64,000 nt of DNA from Mobula hypostoma (lineage: Eukaryota), in the NCBI RefSeq assembly GCF_963921235.1, contig NC_086118.1:19780001-19844000 (forward strand), given 5' to 3'. The position numbers and the translations under genes are program-made. Positions 1 to 13,039 of the stretch are shown here, one piece after another (the stretch's first letter is position 1; each line of letters begins with the position of its first letter). The notes beneath the pieces are model-generated. The model searched no databases. It saw only the letters and a list, made by a program, of their open reading frames with translations, and was not told the DNA's origin.

Positions 1-1734
1 TTTATTTAGGACTCTCCAACAAAATGCCAATGGATATTGCAACAGAAGTGGCCTTCTGTTCTGTGTGTCACAAATTTCCATTGATTGAAGTGAAAGAATG
101 GTTGGGTAATATGTTTCCTGGCACATAGAAGAACTTACTATTTTCACAGATTCATGGACAACAAACAAAGACCATTCAGTCAATCATGTGAACGCACATT
201 GAGAAAGAGATGTCCACAGCCCTTTAAGTTCGCATTGCGGTATGTCTCAGTGTGTTGAGGGTATCCGTATCTACCCTCCTCCTTTCAGACAATGAGCTCC
301 AAACCACTATGACCCTCAACATAACCAAACCTCCAGCAATTGCTTAACAATATTAACAACCCATTCATAATATTATTTAATTGCTTGCAATTATTTTACT
401 GTCATTCTCAAAGTGAACAAAATTAAAATTATAAATTAGGATGTTGCTTATGAGAAAGATAGTTTACACTGCCTTTCTGTTTCAGTGGAGTGATTAGTTT
501 TCATATCAGCAAAAGTGTCACTATTATTTAGCTCAGAGAGCTGATGCATATAGAACTACTAAGACACAACTTGTATTTTGGACAATTGCCTATGGTACAG
601 CTTTTTGAATAGTCACATAGTCACAGCTGGTAATACACCTTTGTCTTGATTAAACAATTCATCTTTCCAATTGATGGCATGAAATATTGTTCTCTTGATT
701 TTGAGAACAGTTGGCTTTGGCTTTTTTTCTCCCCGGGACAATTCGTTCTGTGCAACGACTGTGACAGTGTGGAAGTTTCAATTTAGTCACATAATTAACT
801 GCAGTTGGCACAACAGATTTGACACAAGAGGCTTTGTAAGTGGAGTCAAAGCATCTGTTTGGAAAGATCAGCATTTTATGGAAATAGTAATAAACCTAAA
901 AAATTGCTTAAGTTGCAAACATCATTCGTGCGTCACAGATACCCAGAGGAAAACCACCTTCAGTTTTACCAGACAGAATCATAATTTACAGTATTTTTAT
1001 ACCTCCTATCAACAAGAATAAGAGAAATTGAATCCACTGCAACTTCAGATCAAAAATATTTTAGGTTACAGATGTTTGATTCCAGTCTTAAAGCCATAAT
1101 AATAATGGAGGTTTATTTTATTTTATAATTTATGAAGCACTGGGGTAAAGTCTATTTGTAGGTAATGGTGCCTTTAGCATTTACAACTGTACATAACAGC
1201 CTATGGTGCTTTTATGGATCTTCCCTATAGAGAAAGGTTATTGGGGTTCATTGACAAGCCTCATCAACTACAAGCCCCACCCTTAATAAGTCCTTTATTA
1301 TTGAAATCTAATATTGGCACCTTCAACCTTCAATATGCTAAATAAAGAACCTAACTCGCACAGGTATTTCTTTGCAATCAAAACAAAACAAAATAAATGT
1401 AGGTAGCCCTCAGCTGATCAGGCAGCACAGGGAGAGTTAACGTTCATGCAGCAAGTCAATAACCTTTCATTAAAACTGAGATATAAGTGACAGACAAATG
1501 AGAAATTAATTGAAATATGTTCATTGCTCTGAAATAACACATAATTTTTTAGATCTTATTCCAGTTTTGTAAATTGCAATTACCTTTGTACACCTATAAT
1601 ACGTATCACAGTTTACAGCAAAATTTTGGGTCATGCTTGTTTAACACGTAGAATTTATGGAAACCTCCCAAGACATAATAATGAGGTTTCAATAGCATAG
1701 TGATTGAGTGTTGAGTGACTAGTGATTGCTCTGC

Positions 1735-1820
1735 TGTGAATGCCTGCAAGAAAATTGATCTCAAAGTATTATACAGTCACATATACATACTTTGATAATA
1801 AATTTACTTTGGACTTTGAG
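1735..1820 (+). repeat. Rex1/Babar LINE 3'-tail fragment
   Basis: Ends GATAATAAATTTACTTTGGACTTTGA, the same tail seen in reverse complement at 2020-2050 and 23990-24030. Confidence 0.6.
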
Positions 1821-2019
1821 TTGATAGCCAATGTTCTGTAGCTACTAGAAAGGGAAAGGAGTGGAACAAAAATGTGAACAAAGCAATAATTAAAACATAA
1901 GATAGATGATTGCAATGGGGTAAAAAATAGAATGCAGGATGGGTCTGTAGAGCTACAAATGAAAACAGCTGCAAACCTATATGAGGCTGTTAAACTCAGG
2001 GCTAAGTCTGGAAAGCTCG

Positions 2020-4750
2020 AAGTTTAAAGTTCAAAGTAAATTTATTATCAAAGGGCGTCTATGTTACCATATACAAACTTAAGATTTATTTTCTTGGAGG
2101 CATTTACAGGCAAAAAAGAAACACAACAGCATTTATGAAAAAAAAATCTATATAAACAAACAAATATTGACAAAACCAAAAGAAGACCAACTGTACAAGT
2201 AAAAAAAATCAAAACATAAGTTGGAAGCTGTCCTTGAAAGTAAATCTATAGGTTTTAGAATCAGTTCAGAGTTGAAGTGTTGAAGTTGTGCAGCCTGGTT
2301 CAGAAGCCTGGTGGTTGTCGGGTAATAAATGTTCCTGAACCTGGTGGTGTGGGACCTAAGGCCTCTTGCCCAATGGTAGTAGTGAGAAGAGGGCAAGTCC
2401 AGGACAGTGGGGAGGTCTTTGATAATGGATGCTGCTTTCTTGTGGCAACACTCCATGTAACTACGCTCGGTGATGGGGAGGGCCTTGCCTGTGATGCATT
2501 GGGCTGTAGACTGTTCCATTCCTAGGCATTGGTATTCCCATACCAGGTCATGATGCAACCAGTGAGGATGCTCTAATCTCAGCATCTACAGAAGCTTGTC
2601 AAAGTTTTTGGTGAAATACGAATCTATGCAAACTTCTAAGCAGAGCTGCTGTCATGCCTTGTTTATGATATCACTTTCATGCTGATCCCAGGATAGAACT
2701 TCTGATATGTTAATGCCAAGGAGTTTAAAGCTACTGACCCTCTCATCCTTTGTTCTCCAAATGAGGATTGGCTCACGGGCACCCAGTTTCTTCCTCCTGT
2801 CATCAAATATCCGCACTTGGATTTTAATGACATTGAGTGGGAGATTGTTGCTGCAGCAGTATTCAATCAGATTTTCACTCTCTCTCCTATCTGTTGATTC
2901 ATGACCACCTCTGATTTGTCCTAACAACTCCGATCTGGCCCTCAGCAGATTTCAGATCTCATGGTTCATCCAGAGCTTCTGGTCGGGGAAGACTCTGCGT
3001 TGACCCACTCATCTACAACTGTTTTAATAAAGTCCGTGACAACTACGGTGTACTGATTCAGATCCACAGATGAGTCCTTGAACATGGCCCAGTCCACTGA
3101 CTCAAAACAATCCTATAGCTGTTCCTCTGCCCCCATGACCACCACTTTGTTGTCCTAATCTCTGGAATTTTGCACTTTAGCCTCTACTGTATGGCGGTAG
3201 GAGGAGTTATCAGATTTACCGAAACGCGTCTGGGCATGGAACAGTAGACTTTCCTCATCTTAGTATAGCAGTGGTCTAGTGTGTTAGGGTTTCTGGTGTT
3301 GCAGGTTATATGCTGATGGTAATTGGGCAGCATTTTCTTCAAACTAACCCTTTGAAGTCCCCGAATATTATTTGAAATGTGATGGGGTGAACTGTTTCTT
3401 GTTTGGAGACAGCGAGTACTTGATTATAGTCAGCCACTGGTGTATACATACTGCAGTCAGGATTATGCAGGAGAACTCCAGAGATAAACAAACTGGAACT
3501 CACTTGACCATTAGGTGCTCAAGGTCAGGGGAACACGAGTTCAACAAAACCGCCACATCAGAGCACCACAGAGAGTTTGTCATGGAACTTTTTGACTTTT
3601 CTAAATCAACAGTTCAGTCCATTCTGTCAACGAAAAATGCTTCAGGTCTGATAGCTGTATCTAGCATGCTAGAAGGAAGCCATGTCTCACTCAAACATAT
3701 GTGATGATATCCTGAATTATCCCTTATGGACTGTGTTTTTAAAAAGAGAGAGAGAGCGTGCAGCTGTACAGCACAAACGCCTTGTTATTAAGAGAGAGAG
3801 AGGTGAAGACTGCTCACAGTTTCTTTGGAATTTCTGCAAGGACACTGCCAGCTTCTGAGTTCCTACCGAGAGAGAAGGGAGGAGCTACTTGATGGACGGC
3901 TGGTGTTCAGCACAACAGTATTTAAACCAGCGTAATTGCCTGTTTCACAGGACACGCAGACGCACTAAAGTGTGGTGAAGTTACCACAATCCTGTTCAGG
4001 TGCCCACAAATGTGGAACTGAGGATCGATCTGTGATTAATAGTGCGTGAAAGAGCAACCCTGTGGAGTCTATCAGTGTGTCTAACCTTTGCCTGGGTTGG
4101 TAGACTATCACTTGAAGACGGTGCTCTTAAGTTGGTCAAGCTTGGCTAACTTGGAAGTTTCGGAGGACAATGGGAAGATGGATGGCACCAGCTCACCTGA
4201 AGAACCAGACCTCTCTCTCTCCATCACTACTCAACTCAATACCACGAATTGAACTGATTCCTTTTACTCATCATCGTAAGACTGTATCCATTTTACCCCA
4301 GGTTTGAAGAAGCTTGGTTTTCATATTTCCACACTTATATATATATAATCTTTGCTAACCTGTTTGATATATCTGAATTTATATTACTGTATTGCGTAGT
4401 TACTAATAAATACCATTAATAATACCAGACTCCAAAGTGTTTTCCATTTCCACTGGTTCTTTAACCCGTCAAGGGGTACGTGACATATAGAACACAACAA
4501 TCTCTCATTTTCCTCTGACGCCACAACCTTGCCTTCAGTTTTGTTCTCCAGTGACTGCTCATTTGCTGACAAGGTGCTGGGTAGAAGGGACCTCATCCCA
4601 CTGCATTTCGGCTTGCTCTCCAGCAATTGTACGTTATTAATCTGAAGATGTGATGATGTTCCTGAAGTTATGCTGAGTTTCCTTGTAACTTTGTTTTTTC
4701 TTTCCCTTTTACTCAATATCTTAAATTTTAGTATCAGTTTTTCCAACTTC
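2020..4750 (-). mobile_element. Degenerate Rex1/Babar-clade LINE, internally deleted, interrupted by a solo LTR at 3700-4485
   Basis: Minus frames give CCSNNLPLNVIK..IFDDRRK, VSSFKLLGINISEVLSW and KAASIIKD..HTTRFRN..RLLN (Rex1 RT C-terminus). APE-endonuclease remnants at ~3000-3700. 3' tail at ~2020. Confidence 0.8.
3700..4485 (+). mobile_element. Solo LTR (Gypsy-like), 786 bp
   Basis: Starts TG (3700) and ends CA (4485). Flanks CATA (3696-3699) and TATA (4486-4489) form an imperfect 4-bp TSD. AATAAA near the 3' end. Homologous to 42109-43116. Confidence 0.8.
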
Positions 4751-6602
4751 ACTCTGGAACATTAACACATCTTTCTCCATAGAATTGCCTGGCCAACACT
4801 GTTTCCAGGAGTATTATCTTTATTTCTGATTTCCAGTACCTGCTTGTATTGATGTCTTCTACCTTTTTGTCAATTTGTGTTTAAATGAGTGAGTGCTAAT
4901 GATGTCATTGGGAGAAACTGATGTGAGGGAATTACTGGTGCTGACAGTATGAGGGATCTGAATTAGCATATATATAGTTTGAATGATAAAAAACTTACTG
5001 AAGCGTGACAGTGATACTATCTACTGATGTTGAGCTGTTTCACAGTTCAAGCTCAGAACTCTCTGTCTTACTCCCAGCCCAGCTATAGTCAGCTTCGCAA
5101 GTGATCAATTATCTCCAAATGCTACTATAGAAAGCATCTGCCTCAAACAACAGAACAAGGCAGCAAAGTTAGAGTCAACACATACCAGCATATTTCAAAA
5201 GTTTTGTTTTTAAATGGGTGAATTGGTTTGTGTAAGTGAATTGGTCTGCTTCCCATTGACAAGTGTTCCTAATTTCCTTTTAAAATAGAACTGTGTCATT
5301 ATAAATGGATGGATTAATGTCATTAAAGAAACCATGTACAATGCTGACTCCTAGAATGCTAGAGGATTGTGCTTCTATTCAAAATATGTTTTTAATAATA
5401 ATTTTGATTCTTCTGATGATGTACCAAACTCAGAATTTTCACCACTCTTACCATTGGTTTCCACCTGCTCTCAGTTTTGCAAAATTCATTTCCGGCTCTT
5501 CCCTTGCCATCTTCTCTATTTCTGTCAAAAAGGATAGATTGGCAAAAGAATAGAACAGGTACTGCCTGAACCGTTGCGTGTTGGTTTTGGTTTTTGGTTT
5601 TATTACAGACAATACTGTTGCTGCATGAAAATGAAAAATTCCTGAGCCCAGAATCAAACACTTGAAATTAATTAAAAACTGATTGTTTTTACACAGCCAA
5701 CATTAAGACTTCAAAGGAAGCCTCAGCACAGAGGACTTAGTTTTACTAATACCAAATGGAAGAGACATGCGTGTCTCAATGAGAACACTGTTACCATTCA
5801 AGGCTATCTGATAGCTACATAGGAGGTACCCCTACTGGTGACATTTGTAGATACAGAATCAAAATGTGATACAAAACTTTACCATTTTACAATCCTAAAA
5901 TCTAACAATCCCAACTCCATTTAAGGCATCCAAGAACGAACTACAACACATACCAATGTTCATCCTGTTAGCATTACTGATCTATGTCAATCCCACCACA
6001 TTAATTACTTAAAAAAACATATTCAGCAGAAATTAGCAATGAATATAGTACCTTTACCCCATAAATGCTATCATTAAAAACACTTTCTTGGGCTTAAAAT
6101 ATCTTGAAGTCCTCTACTAGTAGCCATCTTGTGGATAATTCTCTTATTTCCTCATACACCTCAATTAGTTGGCCTGGATAAACTGAAAATATGCAAAACA
6201 ACAATCTAGAACAAGCCAAGGATAGTGGACAAGTAAACAAAATAAATGTGTTTGTTTTCACCATGTGATGGAAGAAATGGAGGCTGTTGTTTAGTGAGAC
6301 TGTTCTTGAGACCACCATTTTGTGAACTGATATTCTGTATTCTAACGTTCAATTAAAGTAATTGAAAGTGGTCATAATGTACCAATAACTTGTTAAATCA
6401 AAGATAATTTCCAAACAAGAAGCTGCTTGTGGGATGCTGTTTGATAAGGTAGAAGAGTCAACACAGGCTTATAAAAAATTGACTGTGTCTGTGAGCTGAA
6501 ATATCCTGAGCCCAGTGTCTGACTGGAATTGGCTGTAGCTGGTTTAAAGTTACCTGATTTCGGAAAAAGTAAGGGAATTATATCAGAAACATACCTGTAT
6601 AT

Positions 6603-6890
6603 GTGGCATTGTAGCAACATGGTTAGCATCATGCTTAACTGCACCATTTCAATTCCCGCCACTGTCTGTGACCATGGTGGGTTTTCTCCTGTTACTCTGG
6701 TTTCTTCCCATATTCCAAAGACATATGGGTTAGGGTTAGTAAGTTGTGGGCATGCCATGTTGGTGCCAAAAGCATTGTGGGCTGCCCGCAGTACATGCTC
6801 GGACTGGTAGCGCAACCAACACATTTCACTGTATGTTTCTATGTTTCCACGTACTTGTGATAAATAAAGCTAATCTTTTATCTTTATTTG
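6603..6890 (+). mobile_element. tRNA-derived SINE, V-SINE-like
   Basis: A-box-like TAGCAACATGG and B-box-like TTCAATTCCC; V-domain-like GTGGGTTTTCTCC..CTCTGGTTTCTTCCCATATTCCAAAGAC; AATAAA then a TCTTT-type tail. Confidence 0.7.
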
Positions 6891-7069
6891 AAAGAAAAAC
6901 AATGTTATGCTACCTGTAGTCTATTTGTATGCTACCTAGAGCCAAGGACACAAGCTAGCTAGGTAAGCCAGAACCAACAGAATCGGAGTATAACTGTTCA
7001 GAACTGATGAAAATGAGGAAACTAATAAAGGATCAACACACACTAAGTTTTTGAAGTTTATGAAGAAAA

Positions 7070-7232
7070 TAAATAGTCAGTGTATCGGGCCAAGACCTTT
7101 CGTTAGGACTGGAAAGAAAGGGAGCAGAACAACTGTTCATTTTCCTCCATAGAAGCTGCCTGACCAGCTGAGCTCCTCCACCATGTTATGTGTGTTCATC
7201 AGGTTTTCCAGCAACTACAGAAACTCTTGTAC
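7070..7232. repeat. Penelope-like pseudo-LTR remnants in inverted arrangement (minus piece with decayed hammerhead, then plus 3' tail)
   Basis: 7075-7111 reverse complement reads CAGTC-CTAACGA-AAGG-TCTTGG-CCC-GATA. 7150-7230 matches the GCTGCCTGACC.GCTGAG.TCCTCCA tail of the PLE at 51330-51400. Confidence 0.65.
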
Positions 7233-7331
7233 CTCGGAAAATCCGTAGGGCAGTGTTCTAAGTCAGCTACCTTCAATGGCTTTCCTTCCATTGTAAGGCC
7301 AGAATTAGTGATGTTCACCAATGATTGCACT

Positions 7332-8420
7332 TATAAGTCCATAAGACCGTAATCCATAGAAGCAGAATTAGGCCATTTGGCCCATCGAGTCTGCTCCACC
7401 ATTCCATCATGCCTGATTTATTATCCCCTCAACTCCATTCTCCTGCCTTCTCCCTCATAACTTTTGACACCCTTACTATCAAGAACTTATCAACCTCCAC
7501 TTTAAGTATACCCAATGACTTGGCCTTCAGAGACATCTGTGACAATGAACTCTACTGATTCACCACCCACTGGCCAAGGAAATTACTCCCCATCTCTGTT
7601 CTAAAAGGATGTCTTTCTGTTCTTAGGATATGCCCTCTGGTCATATACTCCCCCACTCTAGGAAACATCCTCATCACGTCCACTCTGTCTAGGATTTTCA
7701 ATATTCAATAAGTTTCAATGACATCCCCCTTCATTCTTCTCATCTTCAGTGAGTACAGAGCCAGAGCGAGCAAATGCTCCTCATACATTAACCCTTTCAT
7801 ACCTGGGATCATTTTCCTGAACCTCCTCAGGATCCTGTACAACTCCAGCACATCTTCACTTCGATACGAGTCCCAAATGTGCTCACAATACTCCATACAC
7901 AGTCTGACCAATGCCTTATAAAACCTCAGAATAATATTCCTGCTTTTATATTCTAGCCCTCTTGAAATGAATTCTAACATTGCATTTGCCTTCTTTACCA
8001 CCAACTCAACGGGCAAGTTAACCTTTAGAGAATCCCTGCACAAGTACTCCCAAGTACCTTTGCACCTCTGATTTCTGAATTTTCTCCATGTTTAGAAAAT
8101 AGTCAATGCTTTTATTCCTTCTGCAGAAGCTCATGACAATCCATTATCCTGCACTGTATTCCATCTGCCACTTCTTTGCCAATTCTCCTCAACTAAGTTC
8201 CTCTATAGACATCCAGCTCCCTCAGCACTATCTGCCCCGACAACCTAGTTTTGTATCATCTGCAAACTTGGCCAAAATGCCATCAATTCCATCATTCAAA
8301 TCATTGATATATAATATGAAAAGAGGTGGTCTCAACACTGACTCCTGCTGAACTCCGCTAATCACCTGTCGCCAACTAGAAAATGCTCATTTGATTCCTA
8401 ATCTCTGCCTCCTGCCAGTT
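7332..8420 (-). mobile_element. CR1 LINE, 5'-truncated
   Basis: ORF 7705-8043 (VVKKANAMLEFISRGLEYKS..LVRLCMEYC) is the CR1 RT C-terminus. 3' UTR with CTTATGG-type tail at ~7335. Confidence 0.9.
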
Positions 8421-8797
8421 AAATTCAGTTCTATTCACAATCTTGAGGAAATGAAGCAGCACTTTCATTCACTAAGGCTCAAAAAAATTCAGATATGAGT
8501 TGATAAATAGCAAGTTACATTCACACTACAAAAGTGCCCAAAAAAGATTACCTCCATATGAAAATATGTGACTAATTACTTCTGGCATTCAGTAACTTCA
8601 GCATCAGAAAGTTTCCCATCATCAATATTCAGAAGAGTCACCATTGCCTAGACACACAAGTGGAACCAGCCAAATAAATTTTGTGACTACAAGATAAGTT
8701 CAGAAGCCAGATATCTTTTTATGAATGATAAGCCTTCTGGGACCCTAAAGACTTTCCATGATATACAAGACGCAAGTCAAGAGTAGGATGGTATATT

Positions 8798-9710
8798 AGG
8801 TTAGATTATGAGAACACTCAGTCCTCTTTTATTGTCATTTAGAAATGCATATGTAACGCTCAGTTATATTGGCTCGTATATGTCTAGGGGAAACCTACCC
8901 AGCACCTGCCTCAACGCTTCCCACGGAGTCGGTTGCCACCCGAATCAATCCCAAACATCAATCATCAGCCAGCACACCCAGTACGTTTTACCCAGTACGC
9001 TTTATAGATAGTACTAATTCTATGACATTAATATAAATTCGATACAGAAAAGGAAGTAATGAAAAAAAAGGCGCCAAGACTTATCAAAGTCCAAGTTCTT
9101 CGCGCGCAACCGTTGGAGCTCATTCAATTCCTGACGACCACCCGAATCCTGTTGACTCACAGCTCTGGACCACCCGGAGTGATCGACCGGAGCCCTTCCG
9201 CACGTCCGCCGTCCTCCCCGTCTCTCCCCCAACTCCCCGACAAAACCCCGTCCCCAGTCATATGAGACAGCATTATCATCCGAAAACAAAACGATACATG
9301 AACACCCATTGGCTAATAGCACCCTGCTGTCTCTAATAACCCAAGCAAATGTCTAGCTAGAGACTTTCTCAGCATTTAACATAACAAAGAAGCATTCCCC
9401 AGTATAACATAACAAAGAAGCCATTTTAAATTTAACATACAAAAAAAAGAAAGACCCCGTACACATACATGCATTAAGAAATGATACAATGTTTCTCCGG
9501 AGTGATATCACAGAGAACAGGACAAACCAAAGACTAACACTGACAGAACCACATAATTATAACATATACAGCAGTGCAAAGCAATGCCATAATTTGATGA
9601 AGAACAAACCATGGGCACGGTAAATAAAGTCTTAAAAGTCCCCGAGTCCCCGATAGCAGGCGGCAAAAGAGAGAAACTCCCTGCCATAAACCTCCAGGCA
9701 CCGTCAACTT
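8798..9710 (-). mobile_element. Non-coding, non-autonomous retroelement (5'-truncated copy), interrupted by a solo LTR
   Basis: 8800-8851 plus 9464-9710 align with 37211-37357 plus 38900-39050 (GATTATGAG.ACAC.CAGTCC..., ACCACATAATTATAACATATA..., AACCTCCAG). Confidence 0.8.
8852..9463 (-). mobile_element. Solo LTR (Gypsy-like), 612 bp, second family
   Basis: Inverted termini TGTA...TACA and a perfect 4-bp TSD CATA (8848-8851, 9464-9467). Internal direct repeat TAACATAACAAAGAAGC x2. Orientation inferred only from a CCAAT box on the minus strand. Confidence 0.85.
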
Positions 9711-11320
9711 TCCACTTTCCTGAGTGTAGCACTAACAACTTTCAAGAAACTTCACTCTATACAAGATGAAAACTGTCCAGCTAAGTGATACCATATCCAC
9801 CAATGTAAATATTCATTTTCTCTACCACTAGTGCACAATAGTTACCCACCATAACATGCATTGTAGTTACTGTCTATTCTTTCATCAACTCTTCCACCAA
9901 GAAGTGCAGATACATTAGATACATGTGAGCTCAACTACCTACATGTTTTCATGATCCTGATCTGCAAATATATCATTGTCATTGTTTGTAATTGAATCTA
10001 GGTCCCAGAACTCTTTACGCTACAGTATGGTGGGATTACTTTCATTAGAGGGACCAGAACAGTGCAATATGATAGCTTACCACTACCTTCCGAAAAAAAA
10101 ATCAATATTTACCTTGCAAGTGATGACAGTTCCAGAAAGCTGAAAAAATTATAGAAAATGGTTAATTCGAGGAGTCTTGTGGGAAGGGTAAACACCAGAA
10201 AAGAACATCTAACTAAGTGGATTGTTTACATCTTGTAAACACAGAATAATTCTTCTTAGCTATCCATTCTGTGAAGAATTGAATTAATTGTGTTTTAAAG
10301 AACATCAGTTATCTCTGTGCAGATTGTGTGCCTGTATGATCATTTAATTTTTTTGTTGCTGTCTTTTATATCCCTAGCAAACTTATTCAATGTGTATGTG
10401 AAATCAGCTGGCAGGTTTTTAAAGATAAAACCAGTCAAAAAAAAACAACAAGAATAAAATAATAATCACTTCATATACAAAACTTCACTGCTAACTTTCT
10501 GTCAATGACAAACGAGCCATTATTAGATCAAAAACTGGAAATATTATTGATGACTGCAAAATGTTCTGTACAATTCTTAACTCCTCAATTAAGAAACAAT
10601 CTGTGCCAACTCTTTTCAAGACATGAACAATATAGTGACAAGTAACATGTCATGCCACGTAGGTGTTAGTCAACCATCTCCAAACAGAAAACATCATAGC
10701 ACTTCACCTTGACATTCCCATCTTCAATTCTATCACCATCAATATACCAGAAGCTATTGACCAGAAAGTGTGACGTTCTATGCAGTCTACACTTGATACC
10801 AAGCAGATCAGATATTGATACCTTGCTCTTAGTAATTGATCTTCTGATTCCCCACAGCCTTTCCAACATCTACATGACAGAGGTAAAATGGTAAATTCTA
10901 ATTGCTGTAAGGCGTGCAGCTCCAAATGGTTGGTCATCAATAAGGATAAGTTAGCGATTGGTATCAATTCTTCCACTATGAAAGAAGAGGGAAACAAGTT
11001 CAGGAAAACATCTCCACTTGCATTTTCTACTCCAATCTGCATGGCATCTTCAGATGGAAATACATCACTAGTCCATAATTTTCATGAAGTTCAAATCATA
11101 GAATTCCCACCCCAGTAGCACCAGAGGAACACTTCACCAGAGAGCTCAAGAAAGCAAATGACCACCACTGCATCAGAATTAATTAGGGAACACGGTAAGT
11201 GCTGACCTTCCCAGTAAAGTTCAGATCCTAAAAGTGAATAACATAAAATCTACCACCTTCAACCATTCATTTGCTCTCCACTATTGCATCATGGTCCTCT
11301 CAGCCCCAGTCTCCTGCCTT

Positions 11321-13011
11321 CCCCTCCTTCGGTATTCCCCAGTGAAAAGGACCTTGGCAACTGTGGGGATGACTTACAGTGGACTGAAATGCTTGAGTTT
11401 ATAGACATTAAGAAAAAGGATGTGCTGGAGCTTTTGAAAGTTAGATAAGTCATTGAGACAGTACAAGTTATACCCCAGGCTACTGTGAGAAGCGAGGGAG
11501 GAGATTGCTGAGCCTCTGGCAACGATCTTTGCATCATCAATTAGGATGGGAGAAATACCAGAGGACTGGAAGGTTGCAAATGTTGTTCCCTTGTTCAAGA
11601 AAGGGATAGAGATAATCCAGGAAATTATAGACCAGTGAGTCTTACTTCAGTGGTGGGCAAGTTGTTGGAGAAGATCCTGAGAGGCAGAATTTATGAGCAT
11701 TTGGAGAGATATAATCTGACTAGGGATAGTCAGCACGGCTTTGTCAAAGGCAGGTCATGCTTTATGAGCCTGATTGAACTCTTTGAGGATGTAACAAAAC
11801 ACATTGATGAAGGGTAGAGCAGTGGATATACTGTATTTGGATTTCAGTATGGCATTTGATAACGGTCCCCATGCAAGGCTCATTCAGAAAGTAATGAGGC
11901 ATGGGATCCAAGGAGACCTTGCTTTGTAGATCCAGAAATGGCTTTCCTACAGAAGGTAAAGGGTGATTGTAGATGGTTTGTAGTCTGCACGGAGGATGGT
12001 GACCAGCGGTGCTCCACAGGGATCTGTTCTGGGATTCCACCTCTTTGTGATTTTTATAATTGACCTGGATGAGGAAGTAGAACGGTAGGTTAGTAAGTTT
12101 GCTGATGACACAAAAGTAGGGAGGGGGTTGAGGATGGTGTGGAGGGTTGTTAGAGGTTACAGCAGGACATTGATAGCAGAACTGGGCTGAGAAGTAACAG
12201 ATAGAGTTCAACCCAAATAGTGTGAAGTGGTTCATTTTGGTAGGTCAGATTTGAAGACAGAATATAATATAAATGGTAAGACTCTTAGCAGAGTGGAGGA
12301 TCAGCGTGATCTTCAGGTCTGTGTCCATAGGACACTCAAAGCTGCTGCACAGGTTGACAGTGTTGTTAAGAAGGCATATGTTGTGTGTGATGGCCTTCGT
12401 CAACCACGGGATTGAATTCAAAAGCTGTTAAGTAATGTTAAAGCTATATAAGACCCCAGTTAGACCCCACTTGGAGTACTGTGTACAGTTCTAGTCACCT
12501 CAGTACAGGAGGGATGTGGTACTATAGAGAGAATGCAGAGGAGATTTTCAAGGATGTTGCCTGGATTGGAAAGCATGCCTTATGAGAATAGGTTGTCTGG
12601 ACTTGGCATTTTCTCCTTGGAGCAATGGAGTATGAGAGCTGACCTGATAGAGGTGTATAAGATGATGAGAGGCATTGATTATGTGGATATCCGGAGGCTT
12701 TTTCCCAGGGCTGAAATGGCTGACACGAGGGGGCATAGTTTTAACATGCTTGGGAATGGGTACAAGGGGGATATCAGAGGTAAGTTTTTCACACAGACAG
12801 CCGTGGGTGCGTGGAATGCACTACCAGTGACAGTGGTAGAGGCAGATAGAACAGGGTTTTTTAAGAGACTCTTAGATAGGTGCATGGAGCTGAGTAAAAT
12901 AGAGGGCTGTGCCCTCGGGAAATTCGAGGCAGTTTCTCGAGTAGGTTACAGCATCAGCACAACATTTTGGGCCAAAGCGTCTGTAATGTGCTGCAGATTT
13001 CTATGTTCTAC
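11321..13011 (+). mobile_element. CR1 LINE, 5'-truncated, RT pseudogene
   Basis: NYRPVSLTSVVGKLLEKI, SQHGFVKGRSC, PQGSVLG and SKFADDTK motifs with stops and frameshifts; TTCTATG tail. Confidence 0.92.
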
Positions 13012-13039
13012 GTTCTCCCTGCAGCCATTCGTGCCCTGA

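Larger units (their letters stand above)
7250..10130 (+). mobile_element. Ancient CR1-group LINE remnant split by three younger insertions (pieces ~7250-7331, 8421-8797, 9711-10130)
   Basis: Decayed RT stretch (GSVL.., LPSIVRPELVMFTNDC) continues colinearly after each insertion. Related pieces at ~10900-11240 and ~54545-55090. Confidence 0.5.

Noticed and set aside
1400..1480. Further hammerhead-like remnants (also ~63690-63730)
   Set aside because: Probably very old PLE pseudo-LTR relics, but the core boxes and stems are too decayed to call.
6603..6665. tRNA gene
   Set aside because: Only degenerate A/B boxes with no cloverleaf, followed by a SINE body and tail.
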